Assembly (NCBI GenBank): GCA_001793865.1
Contig: MGIS01000024.1
Coordinates: forward strand, 21,525 to 85,524
Source of the DNA: Candidatus Wolfebacteria bacterium RIFCSPLOWO2_01_FULL_47_17b
GTDB lineage: Bacteria > Patescibacteriota > Minisyncoccia > UBA6257 > JAGOQP01
Length of the DNA: 64,000 nt
Direction of reading: 5' to 3'
Both the position numbers and the translations under genes were made by a program. Positions 29,967-39,978 of the stretch are shown one piece after another (positions within the stretch are counted from its first letter, which is position 1; each line of letters starts with the position of its first letter). The notes under the pieces are model-generated. The model was not told the DNA's origin and did no database searches. It saw only the letters and a list, made by a program, of their open reading frames with translations.

Positions 29967-30671
29967 ATGACAAGATGTATGTTATATACTATGTGCATGA
30001 ATAAAAGGTTTCCGCACCTTTTTGTGCCCGTATTTTTTACCTTCCTTTTTGCCGTCTTGGCGTTGTCCGCACAAGCGGCGGATCCGCAGTTTTTGGTGAC
30101 GTGGAAAGCACAGACGAAGGTTCCGGTGTGGTATGAAGGCAAAGCGCTTGCGGTGCAGAACAGCTCGGTGCTTGTGTCGCTTGCGATGGTAGAGCAGAGC
30201 GGGAAACTCCTTAATCTTAGCGGATCTGAAATCCGATGGTATCTGAAAGGGGAATTGGTGCAGAAAGGGACGGGACTCACGTCCATTTCGGTTCTGAATA
30301 AGGACTTTTCGGGAAACTATATAGATCTGAAAGTTTCGGTTGAATATGCCGATCAGCAGAGCGGCAGGCGGTTTATTGATGCGTACTACACTATTCCTAT
30401 CGTAAGTCCCAAAGCGGTGGTAGAGTATAAGAATCTTCAACCCTCATACGTTGCCGGATCCGATCTTTTGGTGAAAGGCTATCCGTTCTTCTTCACAAAT
30501 TCGTATCTGAAGTCCGAATGGGACCTCGGCGGATCGCAAAAAGTGCAAGATTCATATGAACTTCGCATTGAACAGGCGCCAGCGGGAATACGCAGTATTC
30601 AATTTGCCGTATGGAACCCGAGCAGGGTGCTCGAAAAGGCGCAGAGCACGCTTTATTTACAGAGCAACTAG
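29967..30671 (+). CDS. hypothetical secreted protein
   Basis: N-terminal signal peptide ending 'ALSAQA'. Confidence 0.45.
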   Translation: MTRCMLYTMCMNKRFPHLFVPVFFTFLFAVLALSAQAADPQFLVTWKAQTKVPVWYEGKALAVQNSSVLVSLAMVEQSGKLLNLSGSEIRWYLKGELVQKGTGLTSISVLNKDFSGNYIDLKVSVEYADQQSGRRFIDAYYTIPIVSPKAVVEYKNLQPSYVAGSDLLVKGYPFFFTNSYLKSEWDLGGSQKVQDSYELRIEQAPAGIRSIQFAVWNPSRVLEKAQSTLYLQSN

Positions 30672-30776
30672 AGTAATGACAAATCCGCCAGCTGGCGGAC
30701 CAATTTCCAATGTCAAATCAAGTCCAAAGGTCAAGATCCAAATGACAAGGCGGCTGTTTCGTTGTAGTATATATAC

Positions 30777-31058
30777 ATGGATGTTGAACAGATAAAAGTG
30801 AAAATCGTGCCAATACTCAAATCCGCTGGGGTTACGCGGTCGTCTTTGTTCGGCTCGGTCGTGCGGGGCGAAGCGACGGAATCCAGCGACGTTGATGTAC
30901 TGGTTGAATTTCCAAAAGGGAAAACGCTCCTTGATTTGGTGCGCCTGCAGAATGAGTTGGAGGGCGCACTTGACAGACGGGTTGATGTTTTGACGTATAA
31001 GTCACTACATCACTTGTTTCGAGACGAAGTTCTTAAAAGCCAAGTCCCCATACTATGA
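30777..31058 (+). CDS. mntA: MntA-like nucleotidyltransferase antitoxin
   Basis: 'LFGSVVRGEATESSDVDVLVEF' minimal nucleotidyltransferase motif. Confidence 0.75.
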   Translation: MDVEQIKVKIVPILKSAGVTRSSLFGSVVRGEATESSDVDVLVEFPKGKTLLDLVRLQNELEGALDRRVDVLTYKSLHHLFRDEVLKSQVPIL

Positions 31059-31396
31059 GAAAAGATCCTCAAACGCTCCTTAAACACATTAAAGAGAGTA
31101 TCGAATGGGTTGAATCATATGTTGCAGGACTTTCGTTTGAAGATTTTTTTAGATCGCAGGAAAAACAGGATGCCGTTTCAAAACGATTGGAGATAATCGG
31201 CGAAGCGGTGAAAAATCTTCCGCAAGAAATACGGGATGCACACACAGAGATTCCGTGGAAAGAAATAACAGGTATGCGGGATCGGCTTATACATGAGTAC
31301 TTTAGCATTGATGCGGAATTGGTGTGGGATACGATTGGATCTGATATGACGAAGTTAAAAAAATGGGTTGTGGAATTCTTGAATAAAAAGGAATAA
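31055..31396 (+). CDS. hepT: HepT-like HEPN (DUF86) toxin
   Basis: HEPN R-x4-6-H motif 'RDRLIHEY'; 4-nt overlap with mntA. Confidence 0.75.
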   Translation: MRKDPQTLLKHIKESIEWVESYVAGLSFEDFFRSQEKQDAVSKRLEIIGEAVKNLPQEIRDAHTEIPWKEITGMRDRLIHEYFSIDAELVWDTIGSDMTKLKKWVVEFLNKKE

Positions 31397-33240
31397 TGAA
31401 AACAATTTTTATAATTTTATTTGTGCTCCCCATCTTTTCTTTCGGTACCGTTGTATATGCGCAGACGACGACGATATCAAGTAGTTCGCTTGCGCTGGAT
31501 CAGATACCCGGAGACCCAACCAACCCGCAGGGGCCGGCGGATCTGGTGCAGAAGATATTTGCGTTCGCGATATACATTGCAGGCACGCTTGCGGTCATTA
31601 TGATCGTATACGGCGGCGTGCGGTATGTGGTTGAAGCGGGCAATACCGCGTCGCAGACCGAAGCCAAGGAAGTATTGAAAGGAGCGGTATGGGGAATTAT
31701 CCTGCTTGCCGGCGGTTGGCTGATACTCAATACCATAAATCCCCAGCTTACCAATCTTTCGAACCTGGGCTTGCAAAACGTGACGATACACGGGAATACG
31801 TCGCAGTTAGAGCCGCCCGAGGGGCAGTTTGATACGGGTGGTAATCTTGGTGATAATACTCTCGGGTGTACGGTTGAAAATATAGGGATGTCGTACAATG
31901 ATCCAAACAGTGGATTGCAAAAGATTGCTATTGATTACCTTGCTACCACTCCAAATCTGGATTCTGGTGGAGATTGTGGCGTGAATACGAGTCCGAGAAA
32001 CATTGTTAATGCGGTTGCGGGCGGTACCATCCCGCAGGTATGTGATCGGAGCGACAAAAATCAATCATGTAGTTGCGAGCAAGGAGGTGATACGAATAAA
32101 AAAACGCTCTGTCCACTTCTTTTGCAGCGGCTTACTATTCTTCAGCAGAATGCAAGCGTGCTTCCATCATTCACAATTGAGAGTTTGACGGGGGGAGATC
32201 ATTCGCCGGGATCAACTCATTATCAGGGAAGAGGTGTTGATATTACTGTGCCGGGAGGCAGTATTGGTGACTGGCAGAATGTGCGTGCGGCAATGGTGCA
32301 AGCCGGATTTCGGTCTGCAAAATTTGAATACAATAGGAATGGCAGACCATACTTTTCTCCAGGAAGTGGAAATGACGGCGACTTCCTCGCATCAGGGAGT
32401 ACAAACCAGCATATACATGCTGAATCAGGAGGAGCAGGAAGCCCTCCTCCAGGTAGTGAAAATCAATTATTGGAAGATTTGAAGAATCTTGCATTGCAAC
32501 TTGACTTGAATAAATTTAAGGGCGATATGTCCTGGGGGCTTCCATCGAGTACCCTTGATCCTACGTATACATGTAATGCGGGATCCGATCCGCGCTCAAT
32601 TATCAGCGAGACCTCAAAGATGAATCTTCCGATGGTGTGTGATACAAGCGCGTACGGGACGATCCCGGGAACCGATAACGTTTTTTCGGTTGACTGTTCA
32701 TGTAATGTTGGCGGTAAAGATGGAGTTCGTGTGTTGGATAAGCGTTTGCTCCAGAAACTCGTTTCCCTACAAGAAAGCGGTATTGACTATAGGGTCGTTT
32801 CCTTAACGGGAGGCGTACATAAAAATGACGGAATTGCGAGTAGTCACCATTATAGCGGTACCGCGCTGGATGTGGTTCCAATGAGCGGCTCGGTAATATC
32901 TCAAAATCAATCTGATTGGATTGCGCTGTATAATGCTGTCAAATCTGCTCAGCCGATCGCCGGAATCGTTGATTATATATACGATGAGGTGAACACGGAT
33001 TCCAAGATCGTATTTGAAGGGGTTACGCCGATTGAGTATAGGTGGATTGATAGTATTATTACAAAGCCTACTAATGATACTTTGGCATTGCTTCAGTGCC
33101 CCACAATGAATTTCAGCGGGAGCAGTCCAACACATTTGTACAGCATATTTGAGATTAAAAATCCCATCGCAGATTCACGCTTTCATACCGAGATTATAGG
33201 GAGGTGCTACAATCCGCGTATTCGAGCAGTCGTGAATTAA
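31396..33240 (+). CDS. VirB2/TrbC-pilin-like N-terminal domain fused to large Cys-rich extracellular region with two M15/LAS-peptidase-like repeats
   Basis: Signal peptide plus two TMs; repeats 'HSPGSTHYQGRGVDI' and 'ASSHHYSGTALDV' resemble 'SxHxxGxAxD' Zn-site of M15 peptidases. Confidence 0.4.
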   Translation: MKTIFIILFVLPIFSFGTVVYAQTTTISSSSLALDQIPGDPTNPQGPADLVQKIFAFAIYIAGTLAVIMIVYGGVRYVVEAGNTASQTEAKEVLKGAVWGIILLAGGWLILNTINPQLTNLSNLGLQNVTIHGNTSQLEPPEGQFDTGGNLGDNTLGCTVENIGMSYNDPNSGLQKIAIDYLATTPNLDSGGDCGVNTSPRNIVNAVAGGTIPQVCDRSDKNQSCSCEQGGDTNKKTLCPLLLQRLTILQQNASVLPSFTIESLTGGDHSPGSTHYQGRGVDITVPGGSIGDWQNVRAAMVQAGFRSAKFEYNRNGRPYFSPGSGNDGDFLASGSTNQHIHAESGGAGSPPPGSENQLLEDLKNLALQLDLNKFKGDMSWGLPSSTLDPTYTCNAGSDPRSIISETSKMNLPMVCDTSAYGTIPGTDNVFSVDCSCNVGGKDGVRVLDKRLLQKLVSLQESGIDYRVVSLTGGVHKNDGIASSHHYSGTALDVVPMSGSVISQNQSDWIALYNAVKSAQPIAGIVDYIYDEVNTDSKIVFEGVTPIEYRWIDSIITKPTNDTLALLQCPTMNFSGSSPTHLYSIFEIKNPIADSRFHTEIIGRCYNPRIRAVVN

Positions 33241-33244
33241 TATC

Positions 33245-34423
33245 ATGAGAAGAGTAATTATCATACTTATCATAGTTGTTATTATCGCGATCATTGCGGG
33301 TGTTGTATTCGCGCTGTTGGACTCCGGTAACGGAGATGGTGAAGATTCTCCGTTGAAAAACGTATTTCCAATTTCTCTCCTGTATCCCGATACATCTTCT
33401 ACTCCCGGTGTCTTCATTCCAGGAAGTGGCGGAGGAAGCGGTGGGTACACTGAGGAGACCGATGAATACGCGGAAGGTTCTGCTGTGCATCCGATCCCAC
33501 TTTCACAGGAAGAGATATATGGATACTGGGTTTCGAGCAGTACGGCATTCTTTTTGACCAAAGACGGGGACCTGAAGAAAAACGACGGGACTGGAGAATT
33601 TTCACTTCTGTCGCATTCATACGGCATACCGCTTAGGGTAAAGCAAAATCTCGCTGGGACCGCCGCCGCGGTGAAGTTTGATTCCGGATCCACGTATCTA
33701 TATATAGAAAGCCGCAATGCGTGGGAGTTTTTGGGCAATGCCATAAGCGACTTTGCATTTTCGCCGGACGGCAACAGTTTATTGGCGCTTGAAGAACGGG
33801 GAAGTGAAATGTCCATGGTGCGACACGAGCCATTTACAACACCGAAGCGCGCCGTGACGCTGCTTCGTATGAGTGGTGTGGATTTGCGCGTGCAGTGGCC
33901 GAGCGCAAATCGGGCGGTGCTTTCATCGGTGCCTTCATACTATGCCGAAAGTCAGATATGGGAAATAAACCTGCAAACGCAGACATTTAGAAAAATAGCA
34001 GTGGGAAGCGGTATGAGCGCAATTACCTCGCCGTTCGTCACGCGCACGGTTGTCTTTACGCCCGAATCGAAACAGAAAATGGTTGCACGTTTGTATGCCT
34101 CGGATGGAACTCAGGTGAATTCTTATTCCAGAATGCTTCTTGAGGCAAAGTGCGGTGCATCGCTGAGTGATCCCATTGTGTGGTGCGGCGCCCCTCAGCT
34201 TGTACCTGCCGATGCTCACGTGTTTCCCGATGATTATCTTCAGCGTGAGGTATTTACGCACGATGAACTCGCGGGCATCGCGCTTGATACGGGAGAATTT
34301 TTCACGATTCCGTTCAGGTCCGACTCATATGTGGATATGTCTGGAGTCAAACATAGTAATGGTGTTGTGTATTTTATAAACCGACTTGATGATAGATTAT
34401 ATAAACTAGAAGTTGGACTTTAG
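33245..34423 (+). CDS. membrane-anchored beta-propeller-like protein (TolB-like repeats), hypothetical
   Basis: N-terminal TM, 'DFAFSPDGNSLLA' repeat. Confidence 0.35.
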   Translation: MRRVIIILIIVVIIAIIAGVVFALLDSGNGDGEDSPLKNVFPISLLYPDTSSTPGVFIPGSGGGSGGYTEETDEYAEGSAVHPIPLSQEEIYGYWVSSSTAFFLTKDGDLKKNDGTGEFSLLSHSYGIPLRVKQNLAGTAAAVKFDSGSTYLYIESRNAWEFLGNAISDFAFSPDGNSLLALEERGSEMSMVRHEPFTTPKRAVTLLRMSGVDLRVQWPSANRAVLSSVPSYYAESQIWEINLQTQTFRKIAVGSGMSAITSPFVTRTVVFTPESKQKMVARLYASDGTQVNSYSRMLLEAKCGASLSDPIVWCGAPQLVPADAHVFPDDYLQREVFTHDELAGIALDTGEFFTIPFRSDSYVDMSGVKHSNGVVYFINRLDDRLYKLEVGL

Positions 34424-34478
34424 GAGTTACGAGGTGGAACCTCGGTTTGGGGAGGTTCTACCTCTAATACAATTAACT

Positions 34479-35639
34479 ATGTTTTCCCTATTCAAAAAAA
34501 AAGAGACCAAGACGCCGTATGAGCGGCAGGCGGATATCATTATACGGAATCTTCCGGTTGGCGTTGTTGTATATGATGCGGACTTTGAGGTACAGATATT
34601 CAACCCTGCCGCAGAAGATATATTTGGCATTACCGTGCAGGAGGCAATGGCGCAAAAACTGGATGCGTCACTTACCATGGATCCAAAACTGCAGCTGTTT
34701 GTGCGGGTTGTTTTCTCCACGCTGGCGCCGGTCGTCATCAAGCGGTCCGATCCGGGAAAATATCCGCAGATCGCCGATATCATATTCGACGACCCGCATG
34801 TAGAACTTAATGTGGTGACCGATACCGTCTATGAAGAACTTCCCGATGGAACTCGGGGAAAGCCGAACGGGTTCATTAAGCTTATTGTCAATAAAACACG
34901 TGAAGCGAACCTCATTCAATCAAAGGCGGAATTCATTACGGTCGCCGCGCATCAATTGCGTACACCGCTTACCGCCGTTAACTGGGCGCTCGAGGCGCTT
35001 GAGGGAAGCATTACCGATCCCGGACAAAAAGAATTGTTGGACACCGGTTTTGGAGCGGTCAAGAATTCTTTGAAAATCGTCAATGATCTTCTGGACGTTT
35101 CGAAGATCGAAGAAGGACGGTTTGGATATGAATTTCATAAAGTAAGCATGGTTGATTTTCTGGAACGGGCGCTTATGCAAGTTGCGGATATTGCAAAACA
35201 ATATGGAGTTAAGTTTTATTTTGATCATAGTCAGCAATCGCAGGTGGAAGTTTCCATTGATGAGCAAAAAATGGGAATTGTATTCTTTAATCTTTTTGAC
35301 AACGCGATTCAGTACAATGTGGAGAATGGGCAGGTGACGGTACGCGTGAAGCGGGATATGACGAAAAATTCGGTAGTGGTGAGCGTGGAGGATACCGGTA
35401 TCGGCATCCCACAGGAGGAGATTAATAAGGTATTCTCAAAATTTTTTCGTGCCGAGAACGCCAAGAAAACCATCGCCAACGGAAATGGGCTTGGCTTGTA
35501 TATCGCCCGCAATATTGTTCGGGCGCACGGGGGAGATATGTGGGTGGAGTCGGAGGTGAACCGCGGCACGACGTTTTACGTGTCCATACCAGTTGAGCGC
35601 CAGGCCGCGAGCGAGGAATTATTGGGGGGAAATAGTTAG
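34479..35639 (+). CDS. sensor histidine kinase (PAS-HisKA-HATPase_c), orphan
   Basis: H-box 'HQLRTPLTAVNWALE', G2 box 'GLGLYIARNIVRAHGG'; alternative start 34413. Confidence 0.75.
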   Translation: MFSLFKKKETKTPYERQADIIIRNLPVGVVVYDADFEVQIFNPAAEDIFGITVQEAMAQKLDASLTMDPKLQLFVRVVFSTLAPVVIKRSDPGKYPQIADIIFDDPHVELNVVTDTVYEELPDGTRGKPNGFIKLIVNKTREANLIQSKAEFITVAAHQLRTPLTAVNWALEALEGSITDPGQKELLDTGFGAVKNSLKIVNDLLDVSKIEEGRFGYEFHKVSMVDFLERALMQVADIAKQYGVKFYFDHSQQSQVEVSIDEQKMGIVFFNLFDNAIQYNVENGQVTVRVKRDMTKNSVVVSVEDTGIGIPQEEINKVFSKFFRAENAKKTIANGNGLGLYIARNIVRAHGGDMWVESEVNRGTTFYVSIPVERQAASEELLGGNS

Positions 35640-35698
35640 GCGTCAAACGCGCTGACTCCATTAGACATTTTCGTACTTTCTCATTTATACTGTATGCA

Positions 35699-37321
35699 AT
35701 GAGAAAGTATGTCTTTGTGGTGGGAGGGGTTATGTCCGGCGTAGGCAAGGGCGTGGCTTCGTCTTCCATTGCACGCATCCTCAAAGACGGCGGATACCGC
35801 GTAACAGCGGTAAAAATCGATCCCTATGTGAACGTAGACGCCGGGACGATGAATCCGACCGAACATGGGGAGGTTTTTGTGCTTGACGATGGTACCGAAT
35901 GTGATCAGGACATGGGCAACTATGAACGATTCTTGCACACCAATCTGTCCGGTTATAACTATATGACTACGGGCAGTGTGTACTTATCCGTTATCCAAAA
36001 GGAGCGAAATCTTGAGTATCATGGCAAATGTGTGGAAGTGGTTCCGCACGTTCCGCTTGCTGTTCTGGATACCATCAATGGCGCCTTGAAGCATACGAAA
36101 TCCGAGATCGTGGTTGTTGAAATTGGCGGCACGATCGGCGAGTACCAAAATCTCATCTTTCTTGAAGCTGTGCGTATGCTCAAACAGAAGCATCCCGACG
36201 ATGTTGCTCTGGTTCTTGTCAGCTATCTCCCGCTTTTGAATAAAGACAACGAACTCAAAACAAAGCCGACGCAATACGCGGTTCGCACGCTGAACTCCGC
36301 CGGTTTGCAGCCGGATATCATACTTGCCCGTTCCGCTCAGTCGATTGACGATAAGCGCAAAGAAAAGATCGCGTTCAACTGCAATATACCGAAACATTCT
36401 GTGGTTGCGGCGCCCGATGTTAAAAATATATATGAAATTCCGGTCAACTTGCGGAAAGGGAAGATAGATATGCTTCTTCTGAAGAAACTTGGTTTGCGTA
36501 AACGAGAAAACGCGTCGGCACAGTGGCGGAAGTTCGCATTGTCTTTGGACGGCGTCCAGAAAACGGTGCGCATTGGGATAGTGGGAAAATATTTTTCGTC
36601 CGGATCGTTTGTCCTTGCCGATTCCTACCGCTCGGTCATCGAGGCGTTGCGCCATGCGGCTCATCAGGAGAAGATTAAATTGGAACTTGATTGGATTGAT
36701 TCGGAACAGGTACAGAAAAAACCCTCTTTAATCGGGCAGTACGATGGCATTCTGGTCCCTGGCGGATTCGGAGCGCGCGGTATTGAGGGGAAGATCAAAG
36801 CGATTGAATACGCCCGTACGCATAAAATCCCCTATTTCGGGCTGTGCTATGGTATGCAGCTTGCGGTGGTGGAATTTACCCGTAATGTGGTGGGCCTTAA
36901 AAAAGCCCATACCACCGAGGCGGATCCCAAGACGCCGTATCCGGTCATCGCGGTGCTTCCTGAACAAAAAGAATATTTGGCTTTAAAAAAATATGGCGCA
37001 ACTATGCGCCTAGGAGGATATCCTGCCGTGTTGCAGAAGAATACGATCGCTCGTGAAGCGTACGGAAAACCGAATATTCGTGAACGCCATCGGCATCGTT
37101 ATGAAGTGAACCCCGATTATCTGAAGGTGTTAGCGGACGCGGGCTTGGTGATATCCGGCATTTCTCCATCGCAGGAACTTGCGGAAATCATCGAACTGCC
37201 GCGGACGGTTCATCCGTTTTTCGTCGGCACGCAGTTTCATCCGGAGCTTACGAGTCGTCCCCTTGAGCCGCATCCGCTCTTCTGTGCCTTTATGAAAGCC
37301 GCAAAAAGAGAGAGTTTATAG
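35699..37321 (+). CDS. pyrG: CTP synthase
   Basis: N-terminal synthetase domain, GATase 'GLCYGMQLAVVEF'. Confidence 0.9.
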   Translation: MRKYVFVVGGVMSGVGKGVASSSIARILKDGGYRVTAVKIDPYVNVDAGTMNPTEHGEVFVLDDGTECDQDMGNYERFLHTNLSGYNYMTTGSVYLSVIQKERNLEYHGKCVEVVPHVPLAVLDTINGALKHTKSEIVVVEIGGTIGEYQNLIFLEAVRMLKQKHPDDVALVLVSYLPLLNKDNELKTKPTQYAVRTLNSAGLQPDIILARSAQSIDDKRKEKIAFNCNIPKHSVVAAPDVKNIYEIPVNLRKGKIDMLLLKKLGLRKRENASAQWRKFALSLDGVQKTVRIGIVGKYFSSGSFVLADSYRSVIEALRHAAHQEKIKLELDWIDSEQVQKKPSLIGQYDGILVPGGFGARGIEGKIKAIEYARTHKIPYFGLCYGMQLAVVEFTRNVVGLKKAHTTEADPKTPYPVIAVLPEQKEYLALKKYGATMRLGGYPAVLQKNTIAREAYGKPNIRERHRHRYEVNPDYLKVLADAGLVISGISPSQELAEIIELPRTVHPFFVGTQFHPELTSRPLEPHPLFCAFMKAAKRESL

Positions 37322-37329
37322 GAGTGGGT

Positions 37330-37413
37330 GTAGCAGCTTGTATGGTCTAAAGTCTATGGGTAAGAGCATGCGGACCCGTAACTATCCCCACGGACCATAC
37401 TAGCGTCCATACC
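37330..37413. repeat. solo palindromic element with termini GTAGCAGCTTGTATGGT ... ACCATACTAGCGTCCATACC
   Basis: Termini match those flanking the four-helix-bundle gene at 40797-41259. Confidence 0.6.
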
Positions 37414-37485
37414 CATGCCTATATCAAAATCAACAGTGGGGAGTGGTGTATAAGTTCTAGAATTGATGTATTATATATTTATTAT

Positions 37486-38502
37486 ATGAAAATAAACCCT
37501 ATTGATATCACCTGGTCGTCGCTTTTTAGGATTCTTGCGGTTCTGATTTTGGCTGTGACGGCATATTATATCCGCGAGGTGTTTGTTATTCTTTTTATCG
37601 CCATTATCATATCGTCCGCGCTTCATACGCCGGTACAGTACCTTGAACGAAAGAAGATTCCCCGAGTGCTGAGCGTATTGATGATATTTTTGATCGCACT
37701 TGCGATCGTATCACTTATTGTATACGCGGTAGCGCCGGTACTCATTATCCAGCTTAAGTATTTTCTCTCGAATATCAACGAGCTTCGTATTCCGCTTTTG
37801 GATTCGTTCGGCACTTCGGATGCCGTTTCACAGCTTAATGGCCAGCTTAACCAGTGGCTAAATAATTTATTCTACGGCGGGTCAGACATTGTCGGATTTA
37901 TAACTTCGTTCGCGGGCAACGTATTGTTTGTGTTTGTGGCGGTTGTGCTTTCATTTTACCTTTCGATTAGTAAGGGTGGCATTCAGCGTTTCATCCGTTC
38001 TGTTATGCCGATCGAAAAAGAAGAGTATGCCATAGATTTGTACAAGCGCACGAGGCGAAAGATTGGCAGGTGGTTTACGAGTCAGATTATTATCAGTTTT
38101 TTTGTGGGATCGCTCACGTTTATCAGCCTGCTTATCCTAGGGACTGATTACGCTCTTTTACTCGGCATACTGGCCGCGGTCCTTGAAATCGTGCCGTACG
38201 TCGGGCCGATTGTCGTGGGAATTGTGAGTTTTGTAGTGATCCTGCCGGAATCTGCGACGTTGGCATTCATTGCGGTGATTATATTCTTTCTTATCCAGCA
38301 ACTTGAAAACCATGTGCTTGTGCCGCTTATTGTCGGCCGAGCTATCGGCATTGACCCCGTTATGATTGTAATCGCTATTCTTGCGGGAGGTGAACTCGCG
38401 GGCCTTACTGGCGCGCTTGTCGCGATCCCAGTTGCTATTATCCTGCAAGAGATTATAGACGACTGGAGTCTCAAGAAGACGCAGAAATTAAAGTCTTCTT
38501 GA
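37486..38502 (+). CDS. AI-2E family transporter (PerM/UPF0118)
   Basis: 8 TM topology and conserved C-terminal region of PF01594. Confidence 0.65.
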   Translation: MKINPIDITWSSLFRILAVLILAVTAYYIREVFVILFIAIIISSALHTPVQYLERKKIPRVLSVLMIFLIALAIVSLIVYAVAPVLIIQLKYFLSNINELRIPLLDSFGTSDAVSQLNGQLNQWLNNLFYGGSDIVGFITSFAGNVLFVFVAVVLSFYLSISKGGIQRFIRSVMPIEKEEYAIDLYKRTRRKIGRWFTSQIIISFFVGSLTFISLLILGTDYALLLGILAAVLEIVPYVGPIVVGIVSFVVILPESATLAFIAVIIFFLIQQLENHVLVPLIVGRAIGIDPVMIVIAILAGGELAGLTGALVAIPVAIILQEIIDDWSLKKTQKLKSS

Positions 38503-39977
38503 GCATGAAGGAGAAATATTATATTACCACCGCCATTGACTATGTGAATGCGCCACCGCATATCGGGCATGCGCTTGAAAAAATACAGGCGGATGTGCTT
38601 GCTCGCTACGCGCGTCTCAAGGGGATGGATGTGTATTTTTTGACTGGAACAGACGAGCATGGTTCCAAGATAGCCCGTACTGCCCGTGAGGCTGGTGCGG
38701 AGGTAAAGAAATTCGCTGCCCAGAACAGTAAAACCTTTAAGGAGCTCAAAGAGATCCTGAACCTATCATGGAACCAATTTATACGGACAAGTGACCAAAA
38801 AAAGCACTGGCCCGGTGTCATAAAAATGTGGAATGCTCTTGCCGCCGCGGGCGACCTGTACAAGAAGACGTATCGTGGGCTGTACTGTGCCGGCTGTGAA
38901 GGATTTTTAACAGAAAAAGATTTGGTAGATGGTCTGTGCCCGATACACAAAAAAGAGCCCGAACTTGTGGAGGAGGAGAATTATTTTTTTCGCCTCTCTG
39001 CATACGGCAAACAGATAAAACAGGCAATCCAAAACAAGGATATACGCGTGATTCCTGAATCACGCGAGCGCGAAATTCTTTCTCTTATTAATACTGGACT
39101 TGAGGATGTGAGCTTCTCTAGGTCAAAGGAGAAACTTGCGTGGGGGATTCCGGTTCCGGGTGATGATTCTCAGACGATGTATGTCTGGGCGGACGCTCTT
39201 ACAAATTACATTTCCGCGATCGGATATGGTCAGTCCGATGTCTTGATGTCTCGGAATTTTGAAAAATGGTGGCCGGCAGACGTACACGTGGTAGGTAAAG
39301 ATATTCTGCGATTTCATGCGGCTATCTGGCCCGCGATGCTTCTTTCGGCAAAACTGCCGCTTCCTAGGGTGCTTTTTGTGCACGGATTTGTGAATGCCGA
39401 GGGGCAGAAAATATCCAAATCTTTGGGAAATGTTATAGCGCCTCAGGATATTGTTTCCGCGTACGGCACTGACCCATTCCGATACTACTTTTTACGGGAG
39501 ATATCACCCACCGAGGACGGGGATTTTTCTCAGACCCGGTTCTTGGAGCGATACAATGCTGACTTGGCCAATGGCTTGGGGAATTTTACCGCGCGTGTTG
39601 CGACGCTCGTTTCGAAAAGAGAGCTCAAAAAGGACTTCAAACTTATGGACCTTATTGTTGAACAGCGTATCAAGACGGTGCAGAAGAATATAGATGAAGC
39701 GATGCGGGCGTTTCGGTTCAATGACGCCCTCGCCGAGCTCTGGGAATTAATTTCGTTTGGTGACGGCTATCTGAACGAAAAACAACCATGGGCGAAACAG
39801 GCGGTTGATGTAGATAACGCACTTTTTTCCCTTTCGGTGCTTGTGACAAGCATCGCGGTTCTACTTGAGCCTTTTTTGCCGAAAACGGCCAAAAAAATAT
39901 CTGACGCCATTTCTCTTAAAGGAAAGATGGTTGAAGTAAAAGAAGTTCCAAAATTATTTCCGAGATTAGAGCAATAA
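38499..39977 (+). CDS. metG: methionine--tRNA ligase
   Basis: HIGH-like 'PPHIGHALE', 'KISKSLGN' KMSKS, Zn knuckle CxxC. Confidence 0.9.
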   Translation: MSMKEKYYITTAIDYVNAPPHIGHALEKIQADVLARYARLKGMDVYFLTGTDEHGSKIARTAREAGAEVKKFAAQNSKTFKELKEILNLSWNQFIRTSDQKKHWPGVIKMWNALAAAGDLYKKTYRGLYCAGCEGFLTEKDLVDGLCPIHKKEPELVEEENYFFRLSAYGKQIKQAIQNKDIRVIPESREREILSLINTGLEDVSFSRSKEKLAWGIPVPGDDSQTMYVWADALTNYISAIGYGQSDVLMSRNFEKWWPADVHVVGKDILRFHAAIWPAMLLSAKLPLPRVLFVHGFVNAEGQKISKSLGNVIAPQDIVSAYGTDPFRYYFLREISPTEDGDFSQTRFLERYNADLANGLGNFTARVATLVSKRELKKDFKLMDLIVEQRIKTVQKNIDEAMRAFRFNDALAELWELISFGDGYLNEKQPWAKQAVDVDNALFSLSVLVTSIAVLLEPFLPKTAKKISDAISLKGKMVEVKEVPKLFPRLEQ

Positions 39978-39978
39978 T

